The notes beneath the pieces are model-generated. The model was not told where the DNA came from. It did not search any database and saw only the letters and a list, made by a program, of their open reading frames with translations. From the IMG/VR virus record IMGVR_UViG_3300021057_000274, positions 310,001 through 374,000 of that record: 64,000 bases of DNA. One strand, given 5' to 3'. Positions within the stretch are counted from its first letter, which is position 1, and the number at the start of each line of letters is the position of its first letter. Positions 10,138 through 21,016 of the stretch are shown one piece after another. Made by a program: the position numbers and the translations under genes.

Positions 10138-10830
10138 ATGAAACTCTTCGCGAACGCCCAGCCGATTCAAGCCCCCGCCACCAAGGCCAAGGGCAAGGGC
10201 AAGACCGAATTCACCGTCCCTGGCCTTCGCGAGTTCGCGATCGCCAAGGCGGTCGTCAAGGCGATCGAGTCGGTCTGCAAGACCTTCGAGACCCAGGTCA
10301 AGGGCGCCGCGATGGACGAGTTCGTCAAGATCGCGCACGCCACCGCCAAGCGCCCGGACAGCCTGCGCGGCGTCGACGGCAACGCCTCTGGCTCCCTCGA
10401 GCTCCGCAAGCGCAGCTCCAACTCTCCCCTCTCCGACGCCGAGCGCGCTCTCCTCGATGAGCACAAGGTGCCGGTCGAGAAGAAGGTCTCGGTGCCGAAG
10501 ATGTACGGCATCAACCCCAAGTACGACCAGGACGTCGACCTGATGGCGAAGGTGGAAGCCGCCCTCGTCGCCGCCGGCGTGCCGACCGACCTGATCGTCC
10601 TCCAGGAGGAGAAGTACACCTACACCGTGTCCGACGAGACGATCGAGGCCGTGTTCGCCGCGAAGGCGCCGCGCGAGGTGATCGAGGTCGTGACCACCCA
10701 AGCCGTCAAGCCGGTCACCAAGGACCTGGACCTCGCCGAGGCGCTGACCTTCGTCAAGGACCTCCTGATGCCCGAGGCGAAGGACGTCGCGGTGGTGGTC
10801 GGCAGGGTCGGCGACAAGGTAGCGGTCTAA
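10138..10830 (+). CDS. Hypothetical protein, probably highly expressed
   Basis: SD GGAGG and strong C/G third-position bias. Confidence 0.7.
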   Translation: MKLFANAQPIQAPATKAKGKGKTEFTVPGLREFAIAKAVVKAIESVCKTFETQVKGAAMDEFVKIAHATAKRPDSLRGVDGNASGSLELRKRSSNSPLSDAERALLDEHKVPVEKKVSVPKMYGINPKYDQDVDLMAKVEAALVAAGVPTDLIVLQEEKYTYTVSDETIEAVFAAKAPREVIEVVTTQAVKPVTKDLDLAEALTFVKDLLMPEAKDVAVVVGRVGDKVAV

Positions 10831-10831
10831 C

Positions 10832-11239
10832 ATGAAGGTCAAGGTCGCTACTCTCAGCGGCTACGCGCTCGACTGGGCAGTAGCCGTCATGTGGGGATTG
10901 AAGCCGAACGTCAGCTCGTTCGGCCCTCTCTTCGGCAAGGGTTATCTTGCCACCGCGATCAGATGCACGCGGTTTTCGCCCACTAGCACGGACAAGGTCT
11001 TCTCGACGGACTGGGAAGCGTTCGGACGCTTGATGCAGGCGCTCTCCAAGTGGGGTTGCCGCATCAACTGTGAGCCTTCTGGAGTCTGTACCGTGGTCAT
11101 CGCGAATCACACCGCGGTCGGCGCCAACATCAAGGAGGCTGTCTGCCGCGCCTATGTGCTCGCGCGCCTCGATACCACCGATGAGATCGAGGTTCCTGAA
11201 GAGCTTCTCCCAGCGGCCATGAAGGCGGTGACCGCGTGA
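10832..11239 (+). CDS. NinX/DUF2591-like phage protein
   Basis: LSGYALDWAVA...FSP.ST.W...AVCRAYV pattern. Confidence 0.55.
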   Translation: MKVKVATLSGYALDWAVAVMWGLKPNVSSFGPLFGKGYLATAIRCTRFSPTSTDKVFSTDWEAFGRLMQALSKWGCRINCEPSGVCTVVIANHTAVGANIKEAVCRAYVLARLDTTDEIEVPEELLPAAMKAVTA

Positions 11240-11543
11240 GGGGCGAGGAGATGCACAAGCGCTTGAGCGGCAACCTCGAGCGCTTCAAGAGCGGCAAGAA
11301 CTTCATCGTGTTCGCCGCGCCCAGGGACGACGTCGCCAAGCCGGCCATGATCTGGGGCTATCGTGACGTCGTCAGGACGGACGAGACCTGGGTCGAGATC
11401 GGCAGAACTCTCGAGCGAGTCGGCAGTCCGAAGCTCCTCACGCTCGAGGAGGCCTCGGCGATCATCAAGCAAGCCCAGACCTTCATCCCTGGGAGCAGCG
11501 ACTACACCTTTCTCATCTCGATCATCTTTCCCGAGGAGAGCAA

Positions 11544-11921
11544 ATGAGCAACATCGTTCCCCGACATGGCTCGAACGTCACCGTCGCCGGCTCGACCGCT
11601 GTCGGCCGGCGTCAGCTCAACGACCAGGAGCTGACGCTTCTCATCGGCCCAGCCGTGATCGATCGGGTCGACGCGAAGAAGACCTTCACCGCTTACGAGG
11701 TGACCGTCGAGCTTCGCGGCAAGAACCCCGGCTCGGAGATCGACCACGAGCGTTGCAAGGCCCTCGTCCACATCGCGATGAACTACTTCCTGACGCGCGG
11801 TGACTACGACAAGCGCTCGGTCAATCGCGGCTGGAAGACCTCGGCGTTCGAGTATTTCCCGGTCGCTGTACCTCAGCCCTCGACCGCCGTACCGACGCCC
11901 AAGGGCCTCATCCAGTTCTGA
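11544..11921 (+). CDS. Hypothetical protein
   Basis: SD AGGAG, ATGA overlap with the upstream ORF, biased codons. Confidence 0.6.
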   Translation: MSNIVPRHGSNVTVAGSTAVGRRQLNDQELTLLIGPAVIDRVDAKKTFTAYEVTVELRGKNPGSEIDHERCKALVHIAMNYFLTRGDYDKRSVNRGWKTSAFEYFPVAVPQPSTAVPTPKGLIQF

Positions 11922-12494
11922 TGGAATTTCCAGCAGAACTTCGTGGCGCCGGTAACAGGGTGCTCTGCGCGATCTGGCGCGAGCGGTACGCTGGGGTGTG
12001 GACCATCTGGGGTTGGGATGGCGGCTTCAAGCTACCGCGCCACGTGCGCGCTCGTAGAGCCTACCTTGCTCGCAAGCGGAGAACGAATGCAGCGCCGCAG
12101 ATGCTGAAACCCGCGAGGGCCGGTGGGCCACGTTCGCACGGCCTAGCCGACCGCGAAATGCTGGAGGCTCGTACCAGAGTACGGAATGCCCTGCTCGCCG
12201 CCTTCGACAACGTGGATAGCGGGGTGGGCGGTGTATCAGATGGCTAGGTACGAAATCACCATCAAGACGCTTACCGCTGATGGCGAGGACGCCAAGGTGG
12301 ACGTGTACAAGATCGTCAGCGCCAATGTGGTCCGGTGCGCGCTGGTGGCAGTGATGCAGGCCGAAGCCTACGAGGAAGGACTGCGCGCAATGCTGGAGCG
12401 CGCGGAGAAACGCCGCGACGACTAAGAGGACTCCGAAGATGAGCCCCGAGCGCGGTGGAAACCTGCTCACAATTTCCAGCCAAAAAAGGACATC

Positions 12495-13100
12495 ATGACC
12501 GCGAAGTTCATCGGGAGCGAGAGCTTAGGAGAGGCTCTGCACGTCGCGCTCCGGAAGGGTTGTGACTCTCCCGCCACCACCGCGGCCCACATCTGTGTCG
12601 GCTTGATGCCGAACTCTCTCTGGGGCGAGTACGTCGAGACGGTAGGCGACTACCTCGGACTCGCCAGCCAGCAAGGACGCTTGACGGAGGCCAACGCGTG
12701 GGAGCACTTGAAATACGTGTCTACAGGCGAGGACACCGACCAGTTCAAGCAAGCTCATGTAGCCTTCCACTCGAAGCTACGTCAGTGGCGCCGGGTGAGC
12801 GCCACCCCCGCGCTCACCAAGATATACGGCGAGTACAAAACTGCTCCCGTGAAACCGGCGCCGCCGAAGCGCTATGAGCCACTCAAAGCACCGATCTACG
12901 ACCCCGGCTACCACTTCAGGCGTGACCGAGACAACCACAGGTACGGTCGTTCGCTCTCTACCCGCGTGAACATCTTCCCGAGCGAGGAGCTGATCCAGAA
13001 GCGCGACCGCTTTCGCTACCTGTTTTTTTCCATCCTGCGCACCTTCACGGACGACGACTGGAAGGGTTACGCCTGCTTTCTCTTCGAGACCGAGCACTAG
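12495..13100 (+). CDS. Hypothetical protein
   Basis: SD AAGGGA; 201 aa. Confidence 0.55.
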   Translation: MTAKFIGSESLGEALHVALRKGCDSPATTAAHICVGLMPNSLWGEYVETVGDYLGLASQQGRLTEANAWEHLKYVSTGEDTDQFKQAHVAFHSKLRQWRRVSATPALTKIYGEYKTAPVKPAPPKRYEPLKAPIYDPGYHFRRDRDNHRYGRSLSTRVNIFPSEELIQKRDRFRYLFFSILRTFTDDDWKGYACFLFETEH

Positions 13101-13112
13101 CACTCAAATTCG

Positions 13113-13141
13113 TGTACTTTTTGAGAGTTTTGAGTTAAAAT
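13113..13141 (+). promoter_or_regulatory. Sigma70-like promoter (leaderless)
   Basis: TGTACT-N17-TAAAAT with ATG 6 nt downstream; near-identical copy at 59490-59518. Confidence 0.7.
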
Positions 13142-13147
13142 TCTCTT

Positions 13148-13855
13148 ATGGTATCTCTCGGATCGTTGGAATACAGGGATTACGCGTACCTCTGGCCGCC
13201 CCGCCCGGAGACGAAGAGCCCTCCGGGTATGATCCCCTTCTACCAGCGGATGGGCTGGCAAGCCCAGGTCAAGAAGAACGGGTCATGCACCCTCGTGTTC
13301 GTCCGCGCCGACGACGTCATCTTCAAGACCCGTCACAACGACGACCATCGGCAGTGGGCGCCCTCTCCCGAGCACAAGCGCTTCTTTGCGAACGGCCGAT
13401 CCGACTGGGACGTCTACGTCGGCGAGCTCCTTCACAGCAAGATCAATCCAGCTGACACGAAGAGCTGCGTCCGCAACCACCTCTACCTCTTTGACATCAT
13501 CGTTGACCGCGGATACCAGCTGGTCGGCACCACCTTCGCGGCGCGCCAACAGATTCTCCAGTCTCGCTGGGAGAAGCTTGAGGACGGTTTCGATCACTCG
13601 GTCGTTCACAAGTCTGCTCCGCTGCCGGGGGCGCCGAGCCAGCCCCTCGTCTCCGTCGCCAAGACCTTTACCGGCGGCTTCACGGAGCTCTGGAAGCGCA
13701 TCAACGAGATGAACGGCGCAAAGCGCGTGCGGCCCGAGGACGAGGGCCTCGTCTTCAAGGACCCGAAGGCGGCGCTCAGAGCATGCTTCAAGGGTGACTC
13801 CAACAGCGGGTGGCAAGCGAAGATCCGCGTGCCCCACAAGAACTACCCCTTCTGA
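13148..13855 (+). CDS. Stand-alone ATP-dependent ligase/capping-enzyme adenylation domain
   Basis: Motif I QVKKNG, III VGELL, IIIa LFDI, IV EGLVFK, V KIR; no OB domain. Confidence 0.7.
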   Translation: MVSLGSLEYRDYAYLWPPRPETKSPPGMIPFYQRMGWQAQVKKNGSCTLVFVRADDVIFKTRHNDDHRQWAPSPEHKRFFANGRSDWDVYVGELLHSKINPADTKSCVRNHLYLFDIIVDRGYQLVGTTFAARQQILQSRWEKLEDGFDHSVVHKSAPLPGAPSQPLVSVAKTFTGGFTELWKRINEMNGAKRVRPEDEGLVFKDPKAALRACFKGDSNSGWQAKIRVPHKNYPF

Positions 13856-14741
13856 GTGAGAGGACGCCGATGACAAACCCGAGCGGCTGGTATGAGTATG
13901 ATCCCGTGATGCTCTTGTACTGCGACGACCCGCGCAACAAGCCAGCCGTCAAGAAGAAGGGTATCGTCGTCGAACCCCCTCCCTCGGACGCAAAGCCGCC
14001 CTATTGGATGCTCATCGACGTCGAGGGCAAGGAGTACATGGTGCGCGGCGCCGAGTGCGTCAAGCCCGACGGCCCGCGCCCCTCGATGTGGGTGAGCCCG
14101 AAGAAGCTCGCGGAGCGGATCGTACGCATGGGTAAGACGATGCGCGAGCTCGAGGCGCTCAGCGGTCCCTGCGGGCGTCACGCGACGCTTCCGCTGCGAG
14201 AGGAAGAGCTGCACATGCTTTGCAAGATCCTCGAGCCGCTCATCCCGATGCTCTCTGCCGAGAAGCAGCCTTGCGCGAAGAGGAAGGATGCCAATGGTAG
14301 TTGAGCTCGTGATCATGGGCCTCGCCCTCGCGCTCTTCGGCGAGCTTGGCCCGGCGATCGTCTTTTTCTTCATCGTTGCGATGCTGCAAACCGCCGTCAT
14401 GATGTTTGCAGGCGCCGACTTCCTCACCATCTTGACGTGGACCTCGATCTGGTACTTGCTGATCGGTTGGGCGATCTACGTCACCTGGAAGACCAAGCAG
14501 CTGAAGCGCCGAGCCGCGCTCGACAGGCATCGCTACTGGTCAGAGCCTGACCTAGATCCAGAGATGCAGAAGTTTCTGGACGAGCATCTTCACGAGGTGC
14601 CAGAGGTTGATGTCGAGCTTGACGCCGACCCCAAGCCAGTCGTTAGCTCAAGACCTAACATCCCCGGCATCAGGTACTTGCGTCCTGCGGCGACGTCTCG
14701 AGACGCTCTTCGCGCCGACTGGGAGCGTCGCTTTCCGGGAG

Positions 14742-15182
14742 CTAAGTGGCCCGGGGATGGCCACTGGGTTTAAAGCGAATCTCGATCGACTCTGGAATCG
14801 GCTGTACCTTCCGACGCTTCACCTTCGGCTTGACGTTCAGCGCGTAGTTGAAGAGCTTGCCGATCACTCGTGAGGTTGAGCTGAAGTTGAAGGTCTTCAA
14901 GACCTTCTTGACGACGTCGCCCTTTCCCAGCTTCGCGAACTCGAACGAGAGCGGGTACCGATCGGACGCCGAGTAGAACCACTTGGTCGCGACCCCGAGG
15001 AACCACTCCTGGTCGACGCCCTCGGCAGCGAGCTGATCAAGCACATAGGCCTGGATCTCGTCGTCGATGACGTTCTCGATCACGGTCAGGTACTTCGCCT
15101 TCTTGTACTCGATCAGCGTCAAGAACAAGAAGTTCGAACTGGTCTCTAGACTCTCAAAGGTAAGCGGGGGAGCTTTAGGCAT
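14742..15182 (-). CDS. Hypothetical protein (late-type promoter)
   Basis: MPKAPPLTFES...; TAAATA on the minus strand at 15212-15217. Confidence 0.65.
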   Translation of the reverse strand: MPKAPPLTFESLETSSNFLFLTLIEYKKAKYLTVIENVIDDEIQAYVLDQLAAEGVDQEWFLGVATKWFYSASDRYPLSFEFAKLGKGDVVKKVLKTFNFSSTSRVIGKLFNYALNVKPKVKRRKVQPIPESIEIRFKPSGHPRAT

Positions 15183-15236
15183 TTTCTCGTTCTGGTATGA
15201 GGTTATGAGAGTATTTATGTAGCCAGAGGAGCAGGG

Positions 15237-15265
15237 TTTACAAAACTTGCGGCACGTGATACAAT
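15237..15265 (+). promoter_or_regulatory. Sigma70-like promoter
   Basis: TTTACA-N17-TACAAT. Confidence 0.7.
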
Positions 15266-15292
15266 CTCTCATCAAATCTTAGGAGCTTTCGA

Positions 15293-15712
15293 GTGCAAGC
15301 CTCGAAGTCTGTTCCACGAACTCGCGCCGACATCCTCGCCGACATCCGAATCTGCCGCGTTGGCCTCGCCCGTGTGCGGGGCGCGCGTCGCACTGGCTAT
15401 CGCGAGGAGCTCGAGCGGTACTTCCAGGAGCTTCGCGAGCAAGCCAAGCGTGACGATTACTACCGCGTCAGGGTGTTTGGCGGGAGAACGATGCTCGGAA
15501 AGATCCGCAAGGTCACTGGCGACTTCGTTAGGCTCGTTCGCGTGAACGGTGACGGTGACGAGCATGGTTCGATCGACGAGCTTCACCTCATCCTCGTGAA
15601 CCGCTCAGATCTGATCGAGCCGATGGAGCTCGACCAGTACTACGGAATGATCGTCCCGGCTGGCACCTCGAAGATCCACGTCGCCAACCACAACCTTGAT
15701 CAAGTGAGGTAG
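15293..15712 (+). CDS. Hypothetical protein
   Basis: SD AGGAG before GTG. Confidence 0.55.
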   Translation: MQASKSVPRTRADILADIRICRVGLARVRGARRTGYREELERYFQELREQAKRDDYYRVRVFGGRTMLGKIRKVTGDFVRLVRVNGDGDEHGSIDELHLILVNRSDLIEPMELDQYYGMIVPAGTSKIHVANHNLDQVR

Positions 15713-15714
15713 AC

Positions 15715-16275
15715 ATGGACGTCTCTCGCTATCCGACGCGCGTTGACACAGCCGCCGAGATGAATATCTACGAGCTGATCGTGCACGATCATGCTCCGGT
15801 GATCAAGGTCTCGGGTAAGCCCTTCAAGAGCGGCGAGAAGATCGCGTTTCCTCGCTCGATCAGCGCCCACCCGAAGCTCGGTAACGCCGTCTACATGTTC
15901 GACGACGGCTCATACGTCGAGTGCTGGCGCTGTTACGAGACCGAGCTCGGAACTCACTACCCGCGAGTCAAGCTCGCTATGCACTATCCGTCCCATTGGG
16001 CCCTCGGTCACTTCTTCGGGTTCATGCCCTTCGACAAGTCCGAGGTGCAAACCTACTACTGCGACAGCTGGGTCAACAATATGGGTTTCTGGATGACTAA
16101 CGTTAACGATCCAACCGATCGTCGCAACGTTTCGGAGCGGGCTCCTGACCGGACGTACCACGGGATCAGGAATTACGACGGCCAGAGATATCTTGAGGCC
16201 AAGCGGGCGTTCGAAAAAAACGTGAAGCCAATCCTTCGTACCTTGCCACACTTTCACGTAGAGCTTGACCGTTAA
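15715..16275 (+). CDS. Hypothetical protein
   Basis: SD GAGGT; 186 aa. Confidence 0.55.
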   Translation: MDVSRYPTRVDTAAEMNIYELIVHDHAPVIKVSGKPFKSGEKIAFPRSISAHPKLGNAVYMFDDGSYVECWRCYETELGTHYPRVKLAMHYPSHWALGHFFGFMPFDKSEVQTYYCDSWVNNMGFWMTNVNDPTDRRNVSERAPDRTYHGIRNYDGQRYLEAKRAFEKNVKPILRTLPHFHVELDR

Positions 16276-16526
16276 GTGCATCACCGCTTCGTCGGTTGGC
16301 ACTACGGGATACCGTCTCACGTTTCAGCGCGTGAGACACGTGCTTTCATCGAGACCGACGCGAGCGGCACGGTCATCGCGGCCTCCAAGAACTTTCGCTG
16401 GGCTCTCGGTAAGCCGCTCAGCGAAGTTCTCAACTGGACGCGCGCCACGCGTCTTCGTCACGCGCAAGCTGACACGCTAGAAGCTCTCAAGAAAAAGCGC
16501 GGGAGCATGAACTACTGAAAGCGCGA

Positions 16527-16555
16527 TTTACTTGCGCGTAGTTTCGTGATATAAT
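16527..16555 (+). promoter_or_regulatory. Sigma70-like promoter
   Basis: TTTACT-N17-TATAAT. Confidence 0.8.
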
Positions 16556-16578
16556 TCTCCATCGATCGCGGAGGCACC

Positions 16579-17679
16579 GTGAAGTTCACCAAGCTCTTTT
16601 CGCTCCAGTACGGCTCCCGCCTCTACGGCACCTCCACCCCGGAGTCCGACCTCGATCTCAAGCACGTCGTCCTTCCGGAGCTCGGTGACCTTCTCGCTGG
16701 CAACGCGATCGGCAACGTCGTCAAGAAGACGAACAACCAGGCAAACACCCGCAACTCCAAGGACGACGTCGACGAGGAGTTCATCCCCGTCCAGGTCTTC
16801 GCGAGGGACTTCTTCCGCGGCCAGACGTACGCGCTCGAGATCGCGTACGCGCTCGAGGGCACGCACTGCGGCCAGACATTTTACTCGGACATCGAAACTC
16901 CGCTGGCGCCTTCAACGTACGACGTCAAGAAAAAGATTCTTCGGCGCGAGCTACCATACATGGATCCCGGGATTAAATTCTTGGAGTTCACCAAGGAGCT
17001 TCGTGCCAAGTTCTTGACGTCCAACCTCAAGGCGATGGTCGGTTACGCCGTCGGTCAAGCGATCAAGTACTCCGCTAAGGGCGAGCGTCTTAACGCCGCA
17101 CGGCGTGTTCTCGCCGTGCTCAAGGACTACGCTGATCTCCCCCAAGGCAACAAGCCCTTCGGACCAGGACAGCAGCGGCTCGCTGAGATCGCGGGCGACA
17201 ATCGCTTCGCGAGCATGGCGTCGGCCTGGTTTCAGGTCACCGAGTACGACATCGGTGACGGACGCATGCGTCCCTGCTTCAAGCTGCTCGAGAAGACGCT
17301 TCCCTTCACCTCGACCGTCGACCACACGATCGGCGTCGTCGAGGCGATCATCGACAGCTACGGCTCTCGCGCCGACGCGGCTGCATTCACGAATGCCGAC
17401 TGGAAAGCGCTGATGCATGCCCTCCGCATCACCGAGGAGGGCCTGGAGCTGCTCAACCATCACTTCATCACCTTTCCACGCCGCAACGTCGAGAAGCTGC
17501 TCGAGGTTAAGAGGGGCATGCACTCTTTCAACGACGTCGAGGCTGAGATCAACGCCAAGGTTGATCAGCTCAAGAGTCTCGAGAGATTGTCCTCTCTGCC
17601 GAAGCACACTCCCGAGCTCCAAGCCGTGTTCAACGTCTGGCTGACGACGTGGATGAAGCGCTTCTACGGAGTGAAGTAA
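16579..17679 (+). CDS. Pol-beta-superfamily nucleotidyltransferase (RlaP/Nuc-transf-like)
   Basis: YGSRLYGTSTPESDLD (GS...DxD) and C-terminal WKALMHALRI...LLEVKRG. Confidence 0.8.
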   Translation: MKFTKLFSLQYGSRLYGTSTPESDLDLKHVVLPELGDLLAGNAIGNVVKKTNNQANTRNSKDDVDEEFIPVQVFARDFFRGQTYALEIAYALEGTHCGQTFYSDIETPLAPSTYDVKKKILRRELPYMDPGIKFLEFTKELRAKFLTSNLKAMVGYAVGQAIKYSAKGERLNAARRVLAVLKDYADLPQGNKPFGPGQQRLAEIAGDNRFASMASAWFQVTEYDIGDGRMRPCFKLLEKTLPFTSTVDHTIGVVEAIIDSYGSRADAAAFTNADWKALMHALRITEEGLELLNHHFITFPRRNVEKLLEVKRGMHSFNDVEAEINAKVDQLKSLERLSSLPKHTPELQAVFNVWLTTWMKRFYGVK

Positions 17680-18498
17680 TGCCGATCTATCGTCGCTTCG
17701 ACAAGAATCGCCCAGAGATTGTAGACCCAAAGGACCTTCCCCTCTCTCGGGAGGAAGCCTTGGCTTGCGCCACGATCACAGACCAGTGGCCTGGTGGGCT
17801 GGGAGAGGTTCTCGTGCCCGATGCCAAGCAGAAGCGCGGCTTCAAGCGCGACCCGTCCTTCAGCGTCTTCAAGAAAGATTACTCGTGCCCGTCGGACGCA
17901 CTCAAGTGCCCGGTCATGGTCATCAAGGAGATGCGCGGGTGGCCGCACGGCGAGTACGCGAAGCACCTCTCGGCGTGGAGAAGTCTTCGCGACGCTTACG
18001 CGAAGGTTCTCGGGCTCGATCTCAAGGCCGCTCACGAGCTCTACAACGAGCACCTTCGCTCGACGCCGAGAGAGATGTCGAAGGTGCTCCGACAATATGC
18101 TGAGCTCGTATGAAGGTCGATCTCATCAGCGTTATGTTCGCGGTTCGGTACATCGAGCAGCGTCGCCGAGAGTTCAACACACAGATGAGAAGCTTGCGCG
18201 CGATGGGCGTGCGCAAGAAGGTACCTATCCTGGGCAGCAATTATCATCACTTCTGTGAGCGGCTGATCGAGCGAGTCGACCGGAGTGATCGCCAACGGGT
18301 GCTTGACGCGTTTTTCAACTTCATCTCGACGCAGCGCGAGCTACCGATCGGCGAGAAGGTCGTCCGCTCAGCGAGCTTGGGTTACACGCTCGCGTACGAG
18401 GTGTCACCAGGAAAACCGACGCCCATCGATGACGAAGGGACAACGTTTCTCATCAGTCTTAAAACCGTGATGAAGAACGACAAAATTCTCTAGAAGTG

Positions 18499-18527
18499 TG
18501 TACTTTTTGAGAGCTTTTTGATACAAT
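18499..18527 (+). promoter_or_regulatory. Sigma70-like promoter
   Basis: TGTACT-N17-TACAAT followed by TATCGTCAAT. Confidence 0.75.
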
Positions 18528-18556
18528 TCTCATATCGTCAATCGTTGAGGCATTAA

Positions 18557-19885
18557 ATGTCCAAACCCTTCGCCGACGCCATCCTGACAGCCGAGCAACA
18601 CTCGACCCACAAGGAGAAGCACGCGGCGCTCAGCGGCATGGACAGCAACGGCGTCCGCCTCGTCGTCGAGGCCCTCAACCCGTACCGTCGCTTCCATGTC
18701 AAGAAGTTCGACAAGCCGGTCGCTTACGCGACCGTCGACGCCGATCTCGGCGAGTTCTTCAAGCTCCTCGATCAGCTCCACGCGCGCACGATCACTGGCA
18801 ACGCCGCTCGCGCCGCCGTCACCGCCGTCCTCGGCCTCTTCACCCAGCGTACCGCCGCGGTCCTCGAGCGCGTCCTGATCAAGGACCTCGACTGCGGCGC
18901 GTCGTCGACCACCTTCGAGAAGCTCTACCCCGGCCTCAAGGTGCCGTGCCACAACCTCGGCCTCGCGGTCAACCAGGACACCGTCGCCGACGTCTTCGAC
19001 GTCATGCAGCCGAACGCCAAGGGCGTCTGGAAGCCGACCGGCGCGCGGAAGGACCACCTGATCGCCGAGGTCAAGTACGACGGCCATCGCGGCAACCTCC
19101 TCGTCGAGAACGGCGGCGTCACCCCGCTCTCGCGCGGCGGCCGCGTCATCGAGTCATGGGAGGGCCGCTGGGACGCCGAGCTCGCCGAGCTCGAGAAGAT
19201 GCTCGGCTACCCGTTCGTCCTCGACGGCGAGGCGATGGGCGCCGACTTCCGCTCGACCAGCAAGAGCCGCGGCAAGGACAAGAGCCGCTCGAAGGACCTC
19301 AAGTTCTACGCGTTCGACCTGATCCCGCTCACCGCGTGGAAGGCCGAGAAGTACGACCTGGTCCAGTCTGAGCGCTCCGCGCACCTCGAGAAGGTGCTCC
19401 GCCTGCTCGGCTCGAAGGACATCATCAAGTCTGAGTACCGGATCATCAAGACGATGGCCGAGCTCAACGCGTGGTACAAGGAGGTTCTGAAGCTCGGCCA
19501 GGAGGGCTTGATCCTCAAGGACCCGAACGGTGTCTACGTCTGGGACCGCTCGCCCCTGTGGATCAAGTACAAGCCGTACTACTCGTACGACCTGAAGATC
19601 ACTGGCTGGTACTACGGCAATCCGGGCTCGAAGTACGAGAAGATGTTGGGCGGCTTCGAGCTCGAGGGCGTTGACGCCGCGTCGGGCAAGTACATCAAGA
19701 CCCGTTGCGGCGGCGGCCTCTCCGACAAGCAACGCGTCGAGTTCCTCGCCGCCATCCTGTCGGGCGTCGACACCCCGATCGGCAAGACCGCTGAGATCGA
19801 GGGCAAGGAGCTGTCCCTCGCCGAGAACGCGACAGTCTGGGCGGTGCGCGAGCCGGTGTTCGTTCAGATCCGGGACGACAAGTGA
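18557..19885 (+). CDS. lig: ATP-dependent DNA ligase
   Basis: EVKYDG, LDGE, AFDL, EGLILK, WIKYK motifs and a C-terminal OB domain (CGGGLSD...REPVF..IRDDK). Confidence 0.93.
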   Translation: MSKPFADAILTAEQHSTHKEKHAALSGMDSNGVRLVVEALNPYRRFHVKKFDKPVAYATVDADLGEFFKLLDQLHARTITGNAARAAVTAVLGLFTQRTAAVLERVLIKDLDCGASSTTFEKLYPGLKVPCHNLGLAVNQDTVADVFDVMQPNAKGVWKPTGARKDHLIAEVKYDGHRGNLLVENGGVTPLSRGGRVIESWEGRWDAELAELEKMLGYPFVLDGEAMGADFRSTSKSRGKDKSRSKDLKFYAFDLIPLTAWKAEKYDLVQSERSAHLEKVLRLLGSKDIIKSEYRIIKTMAELNAWYKEVLKLGQEGLILKDPNGVYVWDRSPLWIKYKPYYSYDLKITGWYYGNPGSKYEKMLGGFELEGVDAASGKYIKTRCGGGLSDKQRVEFLAAILSGVDTPIGKTAEIEGKELSLAENATVWAVREPVFVQIRDDK

Positions 19886-21016
19886 GGTACTGTCAGATCA
19901 GCGAGGCGCTCCTGGAGAGGCTCACCCAGTTTCTCGAGCGACAGCGAGTCAAGGAGTACCTCTCCTACCTGGTTCAGCTCCCGTCTGGCGAGCAGGAGCT
20001 CGTCGGCACGTACGTCCCGCTCATGGTCGGTAATCTGGTGGTTCTCCCAGACGGCACGCGTTGGAGAGTCGTGCTCGTTGACCAAAAGTTCGCGAACAAT
20101 CGGATGTGCCAAAATCCAGTCGCTCACGTGGAGCCCTGGGAGTGAGCGCCCTCGCTCAGCTTCAAGCCGCTCTCGCGCGAAAGCAGGGGAGTCATTCCCC
20201 CAAGCAAGAGGAGCAACCCCCTAACGACCAGAACGCGTTCTTCATCCCGTTCAACTTCATCGAGACGTCAGGCACTTACTACGACGCCAAGGGAGTCGCC
20301 TACACGATCACCTACGATCGGGACCTCAAGTGATTCGCACTCCAGCTGAACAGGTCGAGAAGCAGATCGTGCACTTGATCGAGCACGCGCAGACCCCAGA
20401 GCTCGCCGAGCTAGTGCGTGAGCGCACCGCGCTCCTCGCGAGCCTCTTGAAGCTGTCTGGCTCCAAGATCCATCACACTCGCGGCGTATACAACTCGCAC
20501 ACCCCTGAGCATCCGCTGTACAAGGACAACGGCGTGCCGTCTAGCGCTCTTCTTGAGCACGTCGTTTACAACCTGTTCTATCGCCCAGGCCGCGCGTTCT
20601 TCATCGACGGCAAGTGCGTCGAGCCTGGCTATCTCGGTTGGAAGCGCTGTCTCGAGCTCGAGAAGACGATGACGTGGCCGACGATGACTCGCGACACACG
20701 TCCGTACCAGTAGATCTTGTTTCACCCCGAAGCTTATCTGTGATACCATTGAAAGTATGAGCGGCATCGCCATGGAAGAGATTCACGGTTGGCTCGAGCG
20801 CGGAAAGCTGCGAGGCTCGACCCACGTCCTGGTGATGCAAGACACTTTTGCGAACGAGTACTACCCGATCTTCGTCTCCCCCACCGAGAACGCTCGAGAG
20901 GTCGTCGAGAAGATCGAGAGCGACAAGCGCGAGCTCGCTGATCGCGTCATTGAGGTGTACAACCTGGCCCTTCCGTTCGTCGAGCAGCTCAACGAGAAGC
21001 GAGCTCGAAACTTCTG